In this document: piece after piece, positions 1 through 10,515 of the stretch
How positions within the stretch are numbered: the first letter of the stretch is position 1
Layout of the letters: every line of letters starts with the position of its first letter
Assembly: GCA_965243605.1 (NCBI GenBank)
Contig: CBDEVQ010000112.1
Span: forward strand, 2,325-66,324
DNA from: Flavobacteriales bacterium
GTDB lineage: Bacteria > Bacteroidota > Bacteroidia > Flavobacteriales > CAJXXR01
Direction: 5' to 3'
DNA: 64,000 nucleotides
The notes under the pieces: generated by a model
Database searches by the model: none
The model's input: the letters and a program-made list of their open reading frames with translations, nothing else
Told to the model about the DNA's origin: nothing
Program-made: the position numbers and the translations under genes

Positions 1-280
1 GTTTCGGTAAGTAATCTATAATTACATTGGCCTGATCTATTTCGTCCTGATAAAGATCTGAACGATCTTGTTCTTGGTATATTTTAGCGGCGTCTTTACG
101 TTGCTTTAACATTCTTGTTAAAAGCGTAATTTCATCTTTCTCTGTAATTTCACCATTAAAATCTGCTGATGTTTTTGCCTTTAAAAATTCAGCTTTTATT
201 GCTCTAAGTACGGTTAATCTTACTGTATCTTTAGATTTCATGGCTGTTTTGATTTCAGCCATTAAGTTATCTTGTAACAT
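1..280 (-). CDS. GatB/YqeY domain-containing protein (N-terminal part only; gene runs off the left window edge)
   Basis: My own minus-strand translation from the ATG at 278-280 gives MLQDNLMAEIKTAMKSKDTVRLTVLRAIKAEFLKAKT..., a typical YqeY-family N-terminus. It is absent from the ORF track because the window truncates it. Confidence 0.7.
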   Translation of the reverse strand, partial: MLQDNLMAEIKTAMKSKDTVRLTVLRAIKAEFLKAKTSADFNGEITEKDEITLLTRMLKQRKDAAKIYQEQDRSDLYQDEIDQANVIIDYLPK

Positions 281-293
281 AATTTATTCTTAT

Positions 294-2063
294 TTATTTT
301 TCTTCGTCGTCTGAATCTAATGTAAATCTTGATACATCATCATTATCCTGAACGGGAAGATTATCATTTAATTTTACGCCTTGTCTTAAATATGCAGGTT
401 GATTCTCTACACTTTCTATATCTTGAGATTCGCTTGTCTGAAAATTATACTTCTGTAAACGTTCTCTTCTTCGTTGAGCACGTTCCATTAATTCATTTGT
501 AGACAGTTGTTCTTCTTGACTTTCTTTTTGTTGTTCAGCTTGTTTTTGTAGATCGGCTTGTTTTTGCTGAGCCATCTCTTTGGCCTTTCTAATTTCCTCT
601 TCTAGCTTAGCTTGCTGTTCTTCTAACTTCGCTAAAGCATCTTGAGCAGAAGGTTCTAATTTAGGCTCTACAGGTTTAGGTTTTTCAACCACTACTTCTT
701 CAACAATTGGTTTAACCGTCTCTATTTCTTCCTTAATAATTGGCTCTTCAATAATAGCTTCAGGAATAGGTATAACAGGTTCTGTTTTAACCACAGGCTT
801 TTCTTCTACCCTTTGCACAACGGGTTCAGCTACAACTTTTGCTGTTGGTTCTTCTTTTGGTTCTTCAGATTTAAGCTCAATTATTAAACTTTCATCAACA
901 TTTACAGTTTCACTAAAATCTAATACCGTCTGAAATTCTGATTTTTTTTCTTCTTCTGATGTAGCCTTGGGATCAACCTCTTTTATAGAATGTTGTAACG
1001 GATCAAAAGAAGGCGATTCTGTAGAAACATTATCTTCTAATACATGAACGATTACATTTTCTTTCTTTTCTTCTTCCTTAGTTGTTTTTTCAGCTTTAAA
1101 TCCCGTTGCAATTACGGTTACACTAATCGATTCCTCAAGTGTATCGTCTTCACCAACTCCCATAATGATGTCCACATCAGCTCCAACACCTATTTCATCA
1201 ATTAAAAGATCATTAATATGTCCTATTTCATCAAACGTTATTTCTTCTTGACCAGACATTATTAATAGAAGCACTTTTTCGGCTCCATTAATATGATTAT
1301 CATTTAACAACGGCGAATTAATAGCCTTCTTTAATGCATCATCTGCACGTCCTTCTCCAGAAGCAATTCCTGTACCCATAATGGCTGTTCCACTATCTTT
1401 TAGTACAGTTCTGGCATCATTAAGGTCAATGTTAATTAAACACTCCTGAGTAATTACATCCGATATTCCTTTAGACGCTGTTGCTAATATTTCGTCAGCC
1501 TTAGAGAAGGCTGCTTTAAATCCAACATTTCCATAGATCTCTCTAATTTTATCGTTGTTCACAATAATTAAAGTATCTACATATTGTCTCATTTGTTCAA
1601 TCCCTTGTTGAGCTTGTTTCATTCGAGTTTTCCCCTCAAAAGAAAATGGAATAGTAACAATACCAACAGAAAGAATCCCACTCTCTCTTGCTGTTCTTGC
1701 AATTATAGGTGCGGCTCCTGTTCCTGTTCCACCACCCATTCCAGCAGTAATGAATAACATTTCGGTACCCATATTTAAAAAGTCTCGAATTTCTTCTAAA
1801 CTTTCTTGGGCTGCCTTTTCTCCAACATCAGGATTAGCTCCTGCTCCTAGTCCTTTGGTTAGGGTTACCCCTAATTGTACTTTATTAGGTACTGGACTTG
1901 AGTCCAGTGCTTGTGCATCAGTATTACATACGGCAAAATCAACACCTTGTACACCAAGGTTAAACATGTGATTTACAGCATTACTTCCTCCACCTCCAAC
2001 ACCAATAACCTTAATTACTGATGAGTTATTTTTAGGGAGAACAAATTCTATAGAATTGTCCAT
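294..2063 (-). CDS. ftsZ: Cell division protein FtsZ, with a long disordered C-terminal linker
   Basis: Has the GVGGGGSNAVNHM and AGMGGGTGTGAAP tubulin signature motifs. A C-terminal PAYLRQ peptide is present. It sits last in the dcw cluster. Confidence 0.97.
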   Translation of the reverse strand: MDNSIEFVLPKNNSSVIKVIGVGGGGSNAVNHMFNLGVQGVDFAVCNTDAQALDSSPVPNKVQLGVTLTKGLGAGANPDVGEKAAQESLEEIRDFLNMGTEMLFITAGMGGGTGTGAAPIIARTARESGILSVGIVTIPFSFEGKTRMKQAQQGIEQMRQYVDTLIIVNNDKIREIYGNVGFKAAFSKADEILATASKGISDVITQECLINIDLNDARTVLKDSGTAIMGTGIASGEGRADDALKKAINSPLLNDNHINGAEKVLLLIMSGQEEITFDEIGHINDLLIDEIGVGADVDIIMGVGEDDTLEESISVTVIATGFKAEKTTKEEEKKENVIVHVLEDNVSTESPSFDPLQHSIKEVDPKATSEEEKKSEFQTVLDFSETVNVDESLIIELKSEEPKEEPTAKVVAEPVVQRVEEKPVVKTEPVIPIPEAIIEEPIIKEEIETVKPIVEEVVVEKPKPVEPKLEPSAQDALAKLEEQQAKLEEEIRKAKEMAQQKQADLQKQAEQQKESQEEQLSTNELMERAQRRRERLQKYNFQTSESQDIESVENQPAYLRQGVKLNDNLPVQDNDDVSRFTLDSDDEEK

Positions 2064-2115
2064 AATCTTATTTTCTAAGTATTCGTTTTATCTGTTTTGC
2101 TTTAACAGCCGTCTT

Positions 2116-3522
2116 TTATCTTTCGTCTTCGTCGTCTCCTTGCAAGAAATTCATAAACTTGCTTGCCCAACGGTCAAAATAAGACGTTTTTACATCTTTT
2201 TCGTCATCAAAGATAAACTCTTCTTTTACTTGAGCTTTATCAACAACATCGTCTATTTTACTATCTTCTGGTGTTGTAATTGGTTGAACAATTTCTTCTT
2301 GATGTTCAACTTCATTTTCTGCAATACGTTCAGCTTCTATTCGTATTTGCTTTTCTTTCTCTTTTAATTCTGTCGCTCTCAATGCTAAACCTACTGCTGT
2401 AGAATACATGGGATTACTTAATTGAGTGGCTTGATCTGCTTCAACACGTTCTTGAGGATATCCAATACGGACATCCATTCCTGTTTCGTATTTCACCAGT
2501 TGCTGAATATGTTTTAATTGAGATCCTCCACCGGTTAAAACAATTCCTGCAATTAGCTTTTTACTGCGATCTTCAAATCCATAATTTTTTATCTCTAAGT
2601 AAATAAGATCGATAATCTCAAGGACTCTTGAATAAATAATTTTAGATAAATCCTTTAAACTAATCTCTTTAGGTTCTTGACCTCTTAGTCCAGGTATAGA
2701 AACTATTTCATTTTCTTTATTTTCTCCTGGCCATGCCGAACCAAATTTTACTTTTAGGAGTTCTGCTTGTTTTCTAATAATCAACAATGCATTTTTAATA
2801 TCCTCAGTAATAATTTCACCTCCAAATGGAATTACAGCCGTATGTTGTATAATACCATCTTTAAAGATAGCAACATCCGTAGTTCCACCACCAATATCAA
2901 CCAATACAACTCCTGCTTCTTTATCATCGCTACTTAAACAAGCATCTGCAGAAGCTAAAGGTTCTAGGGTTAAACCAGAAACTTTTAATCCGGCTCGTTT
3001 AACACAACTTCCAATATTAGAGATTGAATTAATTTTACCTACAACAATATGAAAAGAAGCTTCTAAACGAGATCCGAACATTCCAATGGGTTCCTTTATC
3101 CCCGTTTCGGCATCTACTTTATACACTTGCGGCAATACATGGATTATTTCTTCTCCAGGTATCATCACTAGCTTATGCACATTATTAATGAGTTTATGTA
3201 AATCTTTTTGATCTATGATTTCATCAGGCTCATCTCTTGTAATGTAGTCTGAGTGCTGAATACTCCTAATGTGTTGTCCAGCTATACCAACTACTAAATC
3301 AGAAATGCTTACTCCTGCTTGCCCTTCTGCCATTTGAATTGCTTGTACAATAGCATCAGAAGTTTGAGCAATATTGGTTACTACACCTCGTAAAACACCA
3401 GTGGATGGTGCTTGTCCTACACCGAGAACTTTAATACGTCCACCCGTACTTTTTTGAGCAACAATAGCAACTACTTTTGTTGTTCCAATATCTAATCCAA
3501 CCGCTATATCTTCAAGATTCAT
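2116..3522 (-). CDS. ftsA: Cell division protein FtsA
   Basis: Actin/HSP70-fold motifs VGLDIGTTKV and DIGGGTTD. It lies between ftsQ and ftsZ. The C-terminus has an amphipathic tail. Confidence 0.95.
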   Translation of the reverse strand: MNLEDIAVGLDIGTTKVVAIVAQKSTGGRIKVLGVGQAPSTGVLRGVVTNIAQTSDAIVQAIQMAEGQAGVSISDLVVGIAGQHIRSIQHSDYITRDEPDEIIDQKDLHKLINNVHKLVMIPGEEIIHVLPQVYKVDAETGIKEPIGMFGSRLEASFHIVVGKINSISNIGSCVKRAGLKVSGLTLEPLASADACLSSDDKEAGVVLVDIGGGTTDVAIFKDGIIQHTAVIPFGGEIITEDIKNALLIIRKQAELLKVKFGSAWPGENKENEIVSIPGLRGQEPKEISLKDLSKIIYSRVLEIIDLIYLEIKNYGFEDRSKKLIAGIVLTGGGSQLKHIQQLVKYETGMDVRIGYPQERVEADQATQLSNPMYSTAVGLALRATELKEKEKQIRIEAERIAENEVEHQEEIVQPITTPEDSKIDDVVDKAQVKEEFIFDDEKDVKTSYFDRWASKFMNFLQGDDEDER

Positions 3523-3525
3523 AAT

Positions 3526-4275
3526 TTATTTTTTAGTGCAAACAACTTGGTCTTTAAATGCTAAGTTAATAGCCTTGTATTTTTCCCATCCTTCGTTCTT
3601 AAGAATGTAATTCATGGTGTGTTCAAATTTTATGAATTTCTCATCTAAATCATCACTATCACCAAGTTCTACTATAAAATTACCAAATTGAGGTACAAAA
3701 GTATACTCTTCAAACGAATTTACATAAACATCTGCAATCTGACTTTTCAACAAGGGTCTTTTTTCTACGTTTTTATAGAAATTAAATAGACTTATATCTT
3801 TAGTACTATCGCTTTCTACATGAAAGATAGGAACTCTAGCTGTAAAATTATCAGATAAAGGAATAAACTCTCCTTTATGATCTAGATAATAAGCTCCTTT
3901 TGTACGTTCTATTCTTATTAAAGGTGTTTTTTGTTTAATATCTATATTAAGGACACCGTAAAAGTCCGAATATACTTCGGCTTGCTTGATGAATGGGTTT
4001 CTTAACAATACCTCTTCTACCTTTAACTTATCAATACTTTCTATGACTTGGTCATTAAAATCGAAATTATTCTCTTTCAATATTTTCCCAATGGTTTCAT
4101 TCTGAACAAATGCTAATGTCTTATTGTTAATAACATTTATTTTAGTTTTTGTCCACGGAGTTTCCTTCGAGTCTATATTTTCAATAACTAAAATTATTAA
4201 TAATGTCAATATACTCAATAACCAAAAAGATATTTTTACCCATTTAATACTGGATATTTTATGGATTAATTTCAT
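3526..4275 (-). CDS. ftsQ: Cell division protein FtsQ (POTRA-containing)
   Basis: Single N-terminal TM helix, about 250 aa, positioned between murC and ftsA. Its 5' end overlaps the murC 3' end by 17 nt. Confidence 0.8.
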   Translation of the reverse strand: MKLIHKISSIKWVKISFWLLSILTLLIILVIENIDSKETPWTKTKINVINNKTLAFVQNETIGKILKENNFDFNDQVIESIDKLKVEEVLLRNPFIKQAEVYSDFYGVLNIDIKQKTPLIRIERTKGAYYLDHKGEFIPLSDNFTARVPIFHVESDSTKDISLFNFYKNVEKRPLLKSQIADVYVNSFEEYTFVPQFGNFIVELGDSDDLDEKFIKFEHTMNYILKNEGWEKYKAINLAFKDQVVCTKK

Positions 4276-5608
4276 AGTTGGACATAAAAGTACGGATTTT
4301 AGAAATATAATTTGCTATATCGCCAGCTCCAACTGTCAATATTATGTCTGAATTAGACTTCGCAATTAAATTCTCTAACTCATTAGGGTTTATTTTTTTG
4401 GCCTCAGGAATCTTCCCAACCAAAACCTCTGAAGTTACTCCATTAATTGGCAATTCTCTTGCTGGGTAAATATCTAATACCCAACATTGATCTGAATAAC
4501 TTAAGATTTCAGCAAATTCATCCATAAAATCTTGAGTTCTTGAAAATAAATGTGGTTGAAAAATCGTTAGCAATCTTTTATTTGGGTAAAATTCACGAAC
4601 AGATTCAATAGCTCTCTTAAGTTCTGTAGGATGATGAGCATAGTCGTCAATTTGAATTTTATCTCCAATTTTCTCAACATCAAATCGTCTTTGAATCCCT
4701 TTAAATGTTGATAATGCTTTTTGCATACTTGCGACAGAAACACCTTCTAACTGTGCTAACGCTAATGCGGCAACCGCATTTTCTACATTATGTAGCCCTG
4801 GAAATGGCATCATGCATTTAAAAGAAATACCATTTATTCCATAGTATGAAAAATGCATATCTCCATTTACCATGTGAATAGAATCTGCATAAAAATCGGC
4901 CGTTTCATTTATAGCATAGCTATAATCTTTATCTAAATCTATCGATTTATGTATTACTTTTTTCCCTTTAACCTTATTCAAGTATTCTGTGAAACATAAT
5001 TTCATCGTATCATGATCTCCATAAATATCGAGATGATCAGCATCTATAGAAGTTAATACAGTATGTTTTACATTTAAATGAAGAAATGATCGATCAAATT
5101 CATCAGCTTCTACCACCATTCCATCGCCTTTCCCTAAAATTAGATTCGATTGGTAATTGTTTAATATCCCACCAATAAAAGCAGATGCGCCTGTATTACC
5201 AACATGCATTATGTGGGCTAAAATAGAACTCGTACTTGTTTTACCATGTGTACCTGCAACCGCTAAACATTCTTTTTGTAAAGAAATAAATCCTAATATT
5301 TCTGCTCTTTTATATAAGGTAAAACCTTGGTTTATAAATTGTGATTTAATCGCACTGTTTTCAGGGATAGCAGGTGTGAATACACAAATACTGGTCTTTG
5401 TGTTTAGAACATGTTCAGGTATCTCCTTTGCATGATCGTTATATACAATATTCATCCCTTCTCCTTCAAGGTTTTCGCAAAGTGGAGACCGAACTTTATC
5501 ATAACCAAAGACATCTTTACCAATAGCCTTAAAATATCGTGCTAAAGCACTCATCCCAATTCCACCAATTCCAATAAAGTATACCGATTTAATTTGATCT
5601 AAATTCAT
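4259..5608 (-). CDS. murC: UDP-N-acetylmuramate--L-alanine ligase
   Basis: Mur ligase motifs GIGGIGMSALA and GTHGKTSTSS, plus its position in the dcw cluster. Confidence 0.95.
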   Translation of the reverse strand: MNLDQIKSVYFIGIGGIGMSALARYFKAIGKDVFGYDKVRSPLCENLEGEGMNIVYNDHAKEIPEHVLNTKTSICVFTPAIPENSAIKSQFINQGFTLYKRAEILGFISLQKECLAVAGTHGKTSTSSILAHIMHVGNTGASAFIGGILNNYQSNLILGKGDGMVVEADEFDRSFLHLNVKHTVLTSIDADHLDIYGDHDTMKLCFTEYLNKVKGKKVIHKSIDLDKDYSYAINETADFYADSIHMVNGDMHFSYYGINGISFKCMMPFPGLHNVENAVAALALAQLEGVSVASMQKALSTFKGIQRRFDVEKIGDKIQIDDYAHHPTELKRAIESVREFYPNKRLLTIFQPHLFSRTQDFMDEFAEILSYSDQCWVLDIYPARELPINGVTSEVLVGKIPEAKKINPNELENLIAKSNSDIILTVGAGDIANYISKIRTFMSNYEINP

Positions 5609-6690
5609 AATACAGAATGTATTTGATTTACAATACTTTGAGATGCTTTGGGTTTACTAAAAGGTTTTAAATGCTCTTTTAAATTATTGAGTTTCTCTGT
5701 ATCATTCAATACATTAATAATAGAGTCAAATTGATGATCTAAATCTTTCTCTTCAATTAATTCACATGCCAATTGATCTGCTAATACCTTAGCATTCTTA
5801 TATTGATGATTGTCTGTTACGTTTGGAGAAGGTATAAATATAGTTGGCTTATTTAGTAAAGCTATTTCTGATACCGTTAATGCCCCTGCTCTACAAATTA
5901 CAATATCGGCTTGGTTATATACTTCTGACATGTTGTATATAAAATCGTGCAATTCTATTGTATTAGAATTATGTTTAGATAATTCTGATTTGCAGTCTTG
6001 AAGATACAGTTTCCCACATTGCCAAATCCAATTTGTATTTTCCTGATTAATCATATTTGGAATATGATCTTTGAAAAATGTATTAATAGATCTTGCTCCA
6101 AGACTTCCTCCTAAAATAAGTACCGTTTTATTTGAACTCTTAGAATTTTGGGTGTTGGTTTTTAATTGGTTTATTAAGCTTTGCCTTAATGGGTTTCCTG
6201 TTTCTATAACCTTTGTTCCTGGAAAGAAACGTTCCATATTTGGATAGGCCGTAAATACACATTTGGCGTATTTAGATATTTTTCGGTTAACGAGTCCTGG
6301 AAATGAATTTTGCTCTTGCAAAAACACAGGTATCTTTAAAAAAGAAGCAACTATAGCTATTGGGGCAGAAGCATAGCCTCCAGTACCAATAATAGCTTTA
6401 GGTTTCTGTTTTTTTAATAAACGATAACTTTTAATTAAACTTGATGCTAATTGAAAAGGTAGTTTTACATTTTCTAAAATTTTACCACGTTGTAAACCTC
6501 TTATGGGCATACCCGTAATTGTATATCCTGCCTTGGGAACTTTCTCCATTTCCATTTTCCCTAAAGCACCAACAAAATGTACTGAGGTTTCTGGATATGT
6601 TAACAATTCTTCTGCTATAGCTATGGCTGGGTAAATATGACCACCCGTTCCTCCGCCACATAATATATAATGATTATTTTCTTGTTTCAT
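5605..6690 (-). CDS. murG: UDP-N-acetylglucosamine--N-acetylmuramyl-(pentapeptide) pyrophosphoryl-undecaprenol GlcNAc transferase
   Basis: N-terminal GGGTGGHIYPAIAIA motif. It has a 4-nt overlap with the murC start. Confidence 0.95.
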   Translation of the reverse strand: MKQENNHYILCGGGTGGHIYPAIAIAEELLTYPETSVHFVGALGKMEMEKVPKAGYTITGMPIRGLQRGKILENVKLPFQLASSLIKSYRLLKKQKPKAIIGTGGYASAPIAIVASFLKIPVFLQEQNSFPGLVNRKISKYAKCVFTAYPNMERFFPGTKVIETGNPLRQSLINQLKTNTQNSKSSNKTVLILGGSLGARSINTFFKDHIPNMINQENTNWIWQCGKLYLQDCKSELSKHNSNTIELHDFIYNMSEVYNQADIVICRAGALTVSEIALLNKPTIFIPSPNVTDNHQYKNAKVLADQLACELIEEKDLDHQFDSIINVLNDTEKLNNLKEHLKPFSKPKASQSIVNQIHSVL

Positions 6691-7951
6691 TTTTAAGTCG
6701 TGTAATTTCGGACTTTAGATAGGCTGCTTCGTTAAAAGCAACATCGTTATTTTGTTCGGCTGTTACTTTTGCTCGCATTGTATTTGTTTTGGCTTTACTG
6801 GTAATCAGTTTTAAAGCACTTTTCTTTAAATCTATATTCACTTGAGAAATACACAGTATAAGACCTATTGCCGAACAGGTCATCCAAATGGAGGATCCAC
6901 CAGCACTAATTAATGGTAAGGTTTGTCCCGTAACGGGTAACAATTCCACAGCGACTCCCATATTTAAAAACGCCTGAAATATCATTGAAAATCCCAATCC
7001 GAAAACAAGGAGTTTCCCAAAATCTGACGTTGTATTATGGGCGGTTATCATAAATCTAATAAAGAGCCATATAAAAAGTAATATTGGTAATATACACCCA
7101 AACAGAAATCCATACTCTTCCACCATTATTGCGAAAATAAAATCGGAATTAGATTGCGGCAGAAAATACTTCTGTTTACTTTTCCCTGGTCCAATTCCCG
7201 TCATTCCACCAGTCATTAATGCCATCTTAGCATGCTCTATCTGGTAGTTAGCATCAGAATCTTCTTCATCATTTACATACCGTTCTATACGCCCTTTCCA
7301 GGTATCTACACGGTTAGAAACATTAGGCACATAAATAACAATCATCAAAAATATAGAGAACGTACCTATGGCTAATCCGCAGATTTTAAGAATATTTTTA
7401 ATGGGGTAATTCCCTAAAAATAAAATAACCATACTTACAACATATAAAAATACGGCTGCAGATAAACTGGCTCTTACTACCATTAAGCACATTCCAATAA
7501 TTGGTAATACAATGGGAATAAAAGACGCTTTAAAGTTCTTTAATTTACGTTGGTGTTTCACTAAGTTTCTAGCCAATAGCATTATTAGCGAAACCTTAGC
7601 CATTTCTGAAGGTTGGAATGTAAACCCAAATATATTAACCCATCTACTTGCATTGGCATTACCTATGGTGGTGCCGGTAAACATGGCTAGAACCAATAAA
7701 CCTATGGTTAATGCATAGATGAGTACAGATGAATTTTTCAAAAACTTTTGAGGAATATGTGAAATAGAGATCATAAATCCTAACCCCATTAAAACATGTA
7801 CTAAATGCTTTAACATGACAGATAGGTTATTTCCTCCATGGTATTGAAACGCAATATTACTACTCGAACTGTAAACAATTACAAACGAATAGAACAATAG
7901 TGTTAAACACAATGCCCAAATACTTTTATCTCCTCGAATAAGTTTTAACAT
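6674..7951 (-). CDS. ftsW: FtsW/RodA/SpoVE (SEDS) family cell division protein
   Basis: Polytopic membrane protein with the SEDS-like motif LPQSNSDFIFA. It lies between murD and murG. Confidence 0.9.
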   Translation of the reverse strand: MLKLIRGDKSIWALCLTLLFYSFVIVYSSSSNIAFQYHGGNNLSVMLKHLVHVLMGLGFMISISHIPQKFLKNSSVLIYALTIGLLVLAMFTGTTIGNANASRWVNIFGFTFQPSEMAKVSLIMLLARNLVKHQRKLKNFKASFIPIVLPIIGMCLMVVRASLSAAVFLYVVSMVILFLGNYPIKNILKICGLAIGTFSIFLMIVIYVPNVSNRVDTWKGRIERYVNDEEDSDANYQIEHAKMALMTGGMTGIGPGKSKQKYFLPQSNSDFIFAIMVEEYGFLFGCILPILLFIWLFIRFMITAHNTTSDFGKLLVFGLGFSMIFQAFLNMGVAVELLPVTGQTLPLISAGGSSIWMTCSAIGLILCISQVNIDLKKSALKLITSKAKTNTMRAKVTAEQNNDVAFNEAAYLKSEITRLKNETRK

Positions 7952-7952
7952 G

Positions 7953-9278
7953 TCATTTTAGTTTATGAACAAGTTCTTTAAATACTTTCCCCCTTTGTCC
8001 GTAATTATCAAACATATCAAAACTAGAACATGCTGGCGACAATAAAACGACATCGTTAGCTTTGGCATTTTGATAAGCCAGATTTACAGCTTCTTCCATA
8101 TTTTCGGCAAATACCATTGGTATAGAATTTTCAAAGGATGACTTAAAGTTAGAAATATTTTTTCCTACACAGATTAAGATTTTTACTTTTTCAAGTACCA
8201 ATGCTTTAATTTGTGAATAATCGTTCCCTTTATCTATTCCTCCTGCTATCCATACTATTGGGTTTGTAAACGTATCTAAAGCATAATATACAGCATCTAC
8301 ATTTGTAGCTTTAGAATCATTAATAAACTGGATATTGTTTAAGGATGTTACAGGTTCTAACCTATGTTCTACAGATTGAAATTCCTTTAACCCTTTTTCG
8401 ACAACAACTTGTGGTATTTCTAACAACTGTGCTACAATACCAACAGCCATTACGTTCATATAGTTATGTTTTCCTTTAATAGAGATGTTATTGATGTTTA
8501 AATTCCAATTAGAATCTCCATTAATAGTAATGGTTGATTGATTAAAAAATGCTTGAGCATTTGTATTTTGTTCTGAGGAAAACATGTATTTCTTTGCTTT
8601 CACCTGATTTAATTGTGGCAAAAAATGTTCACCTTCATTCCACCCAATAAAATGATCAGAACCGGTTTGATTCATGGCAATTCTAAATTTAGAATCAACA
8701 TATTCAGACATATTCCAATTGTATCGATCTAAATGATCTGCACTTAAATTAAGTAATATGGCAATATCAGGTTTAAATGAAACAATATCATCCAATTGGA
8801 AACTACTCAATTCTAACACATAATAATCAAAAGAATGGTTAGCAACCTGATATGAAAAACTGATTCCAATATTACCTGCTAAACATACCGAAGAACTAAA
8901 ATTCTTTAAGATTTCATACATTAAACTTGTGGTGGTGGTTTTACCATTACTACCAGTAATTCCAATAATTTTCCCACTTTCAATATGTCTATATGCCCAC
9001 TCTATTTCTGATATTATTTCAATTCCATTTTCCTTAGCCTTCACTAATAAAGGGATCGTATTAGAAATCCCAGGGCTTTTTACTATAAGATCAGCCTTAA
9101 GAATTACATCTATAGAATGTGCTCCATCCTCAAATGGAATATCAGCATTAATAAGCTTCTCTTTATAGGTTTTACTTATTGTTCCGTAATCTGATAAGAA
9201 TACATCATAGCCTTTAGTTTTCGCAAGATAAGCTGCACCAAAGCCACTTTCTCCGCCTCCTAATACAATAACATTCAT
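7953..9278 (-). CDS. murD: UDP-N-acetylmuramoylalanine--D-glutamate ligase
   Basis: GITGSNGKTTTTSL P-loop, an N-terminal Rossmann motif GGGESG, and its dcw position. Confidence 0.95.
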   Translation of the reverse strand: MNVIVLGGGESGFGAAYLAKTKGYDVFLSDYGTISKTYKEKLINADIPFEDGAHSIDVILKADLIVKSPGISNTIPLLVKAKENGIEIISEIEWAYRHIESGKIIGITGSNGKTTTTSLMYEILKNFSSSVCLAGNIGISFSYQVANHSFDYYVLELSSFQLDDIVSFKPDIAILLNLSADHLDRYNWNMSEYVDSKFRIAMNQTGSDHFIGWNEGEHFLPQLNQVKAKKYMFSSEQNTNAQAFFNQSTITINGDSNWNLNINNISIKGKHNYMNVMAVGIVAQLLEIPQVVVEKGLKEFQSVEHRLEPVTSLNNIQFINDSKATNVDAVYYALDTFTNPIVWIAGGIDKGNDYSQIKALVLEKVKILICVGKNISNFKSSFENSIPMVFAENMEEAVNLAYQNAKANDVVLLSPACSSFDMFDNYGQRGKVFKELVHKLK

Positions 9279-9279
9279 C

Positions 9280-10515
9280 CTACTGTAGTTTAAGCGTAAT
9301 TATTGTAATGATAGCCAATAATAATCCGATTAAGAAGAATCGGGTTACAATCTTACTTTCATGTATGTTTTTCTTTTGAAAATGATGGTGTAAAGGAGAC
9401 ATTAAAAATATTCGTCGTCCTTCACCAAACTTCTTTTTGGTGTATTTAAAATAGGATACTTGTAGCATTACTGATAAATTCTCAGCAACAAAAATTCCTG
9501 CTAAAATTGGAAGTAAAAGTTCTTTACGAATACAAATTGCAAAAACAGCAATTACACCACCTAGCATTAAACTCCCCGTATCTCCCATAAATACTTGAGC
9601 AGGGTAGGTATTATACCATAGAAATCCAACCGTTGCTCCAACAAATGCGGCTATAAATACAACCATTTCTCCTGTATTGGGTATGTAGAGTATATTCAAG
9701 TAGTCTGAGAAGATAACGTTACCAGAAAGGTAAGCCAATATACCAAGGGTAACCCCAATAATGGCTGAAGTCCCCGTAGCCAACCCGTCTATTCCATCGG
9801 TTAAATTGGCGGCATTAGATACTGCAACAATAATAAAAATTACAACCGGTATGAATATCAACCAACCAAAATCTTTAGCAAACCCTCCAAATACATTGGA
9901 ATAATCCAATTCATTATTCTTCATAAAGGGCACTGTGGTAATAATATCTTTTGTTTCATTTAAAACATATTGCCCGTCTTGACTCAATTGAGCATCAATC
10001 AATTGAGTTTCAGACACAGAGTCTATAGGTAATTTTTCCTTGATGGTAATATCTGGATGCCAATACAATGTTGCACCAACAATGATGGATAGAATAACCT
10101 GTCCTAAGATTTTATATTTACCTGCTAATCCGTCTTTATTCTTATATTTTTTCTTCCTGTAATCATCAATACCTCCAATAAACCCTAGCCATACCACGGT
10201 TGTTATTAACAATAAGACATATACATTTGTTAAGTCGGCAAACAACAACACGGGTATTAATATTCCCGCAATAATGATGAGTCCACCCATGGTTGGGGTT
10301 CCCTTCTTTTCGGTTTGACCGGCTAAGCCAAGTTCTCTAATATCTTCTCCCAATTGATATTTTCTAAGAACATTAATTATTTTTTTTCCGACGAAAATGG
10401 TAATTAACAATGAGAAAATAAATGCCATTGAGGCTCTAAAACTTAAATACTGAAATACTCCAGCACCTGGAAAGTTTGCACTTTCTTGTAAATAATCAAA
10501 TAAAGAATACAGCAT
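9280..10515 (-). CDS. mraY: Phospho-N-acetylmuramoyl-pentapeptide transferase
   Basis: Polytopic membrane protein with the motifs [13 protein letters not shown] and FMGDTGSL. Confidence 0.95.
   Translation of the reverse strand: MLYSLFDYLQESANFPGAGVFQYLSFRASMAFIFSLLITIFVGKKIINVLRKYQLGEDIRELGLAGQTEKKGTPTMGGLIIIAGILIPVLLFADLTNVYVLLLITTVVWLGFIGGIDDYRKKKYKNKDGLAGKYKILGQVILSIIVGATLYWHPDITIKEKLPIDSVSETQLIDAQLSQDGQYVLNETKDIITTVPFMKNNELDYSNVFGGFAKDFGWLIFIPVVIFIIVAVSNAANLTDGIDGLATGTSAIIGVTLGILAYLSGNVIFSDYLNILYIPNTGEMVVFIAAFVGATVGFLWYNTYPAQVFMGDTGSLMLGGVIAVFAICIRKELLLPILAGIFVAENLSVMLQVSYFKYTKKKFGEGRRIFLMSPLHHHFQKKNIHESKIVTRFFLIGLLLAIITIITLKLQ

Noticed and set aside
1750-1971. Short ORFs antisense to, or nested inside, well-supported genes. 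Examples are 1750-1971, 2056-2367, 5157-5435, 7512-7718, 12039-12413, 18711-18908, 19437-19712, 25972-26184, 36400-36666, 37768-38040, 39756-39986 and 41889-42095.
   Set aside because: Each lies entirely within a long, motif-supported CDS on the opposite strand. They have low-complexity or proline/serine-rich mirror composition and no start context. These are typical shadow ORFs.
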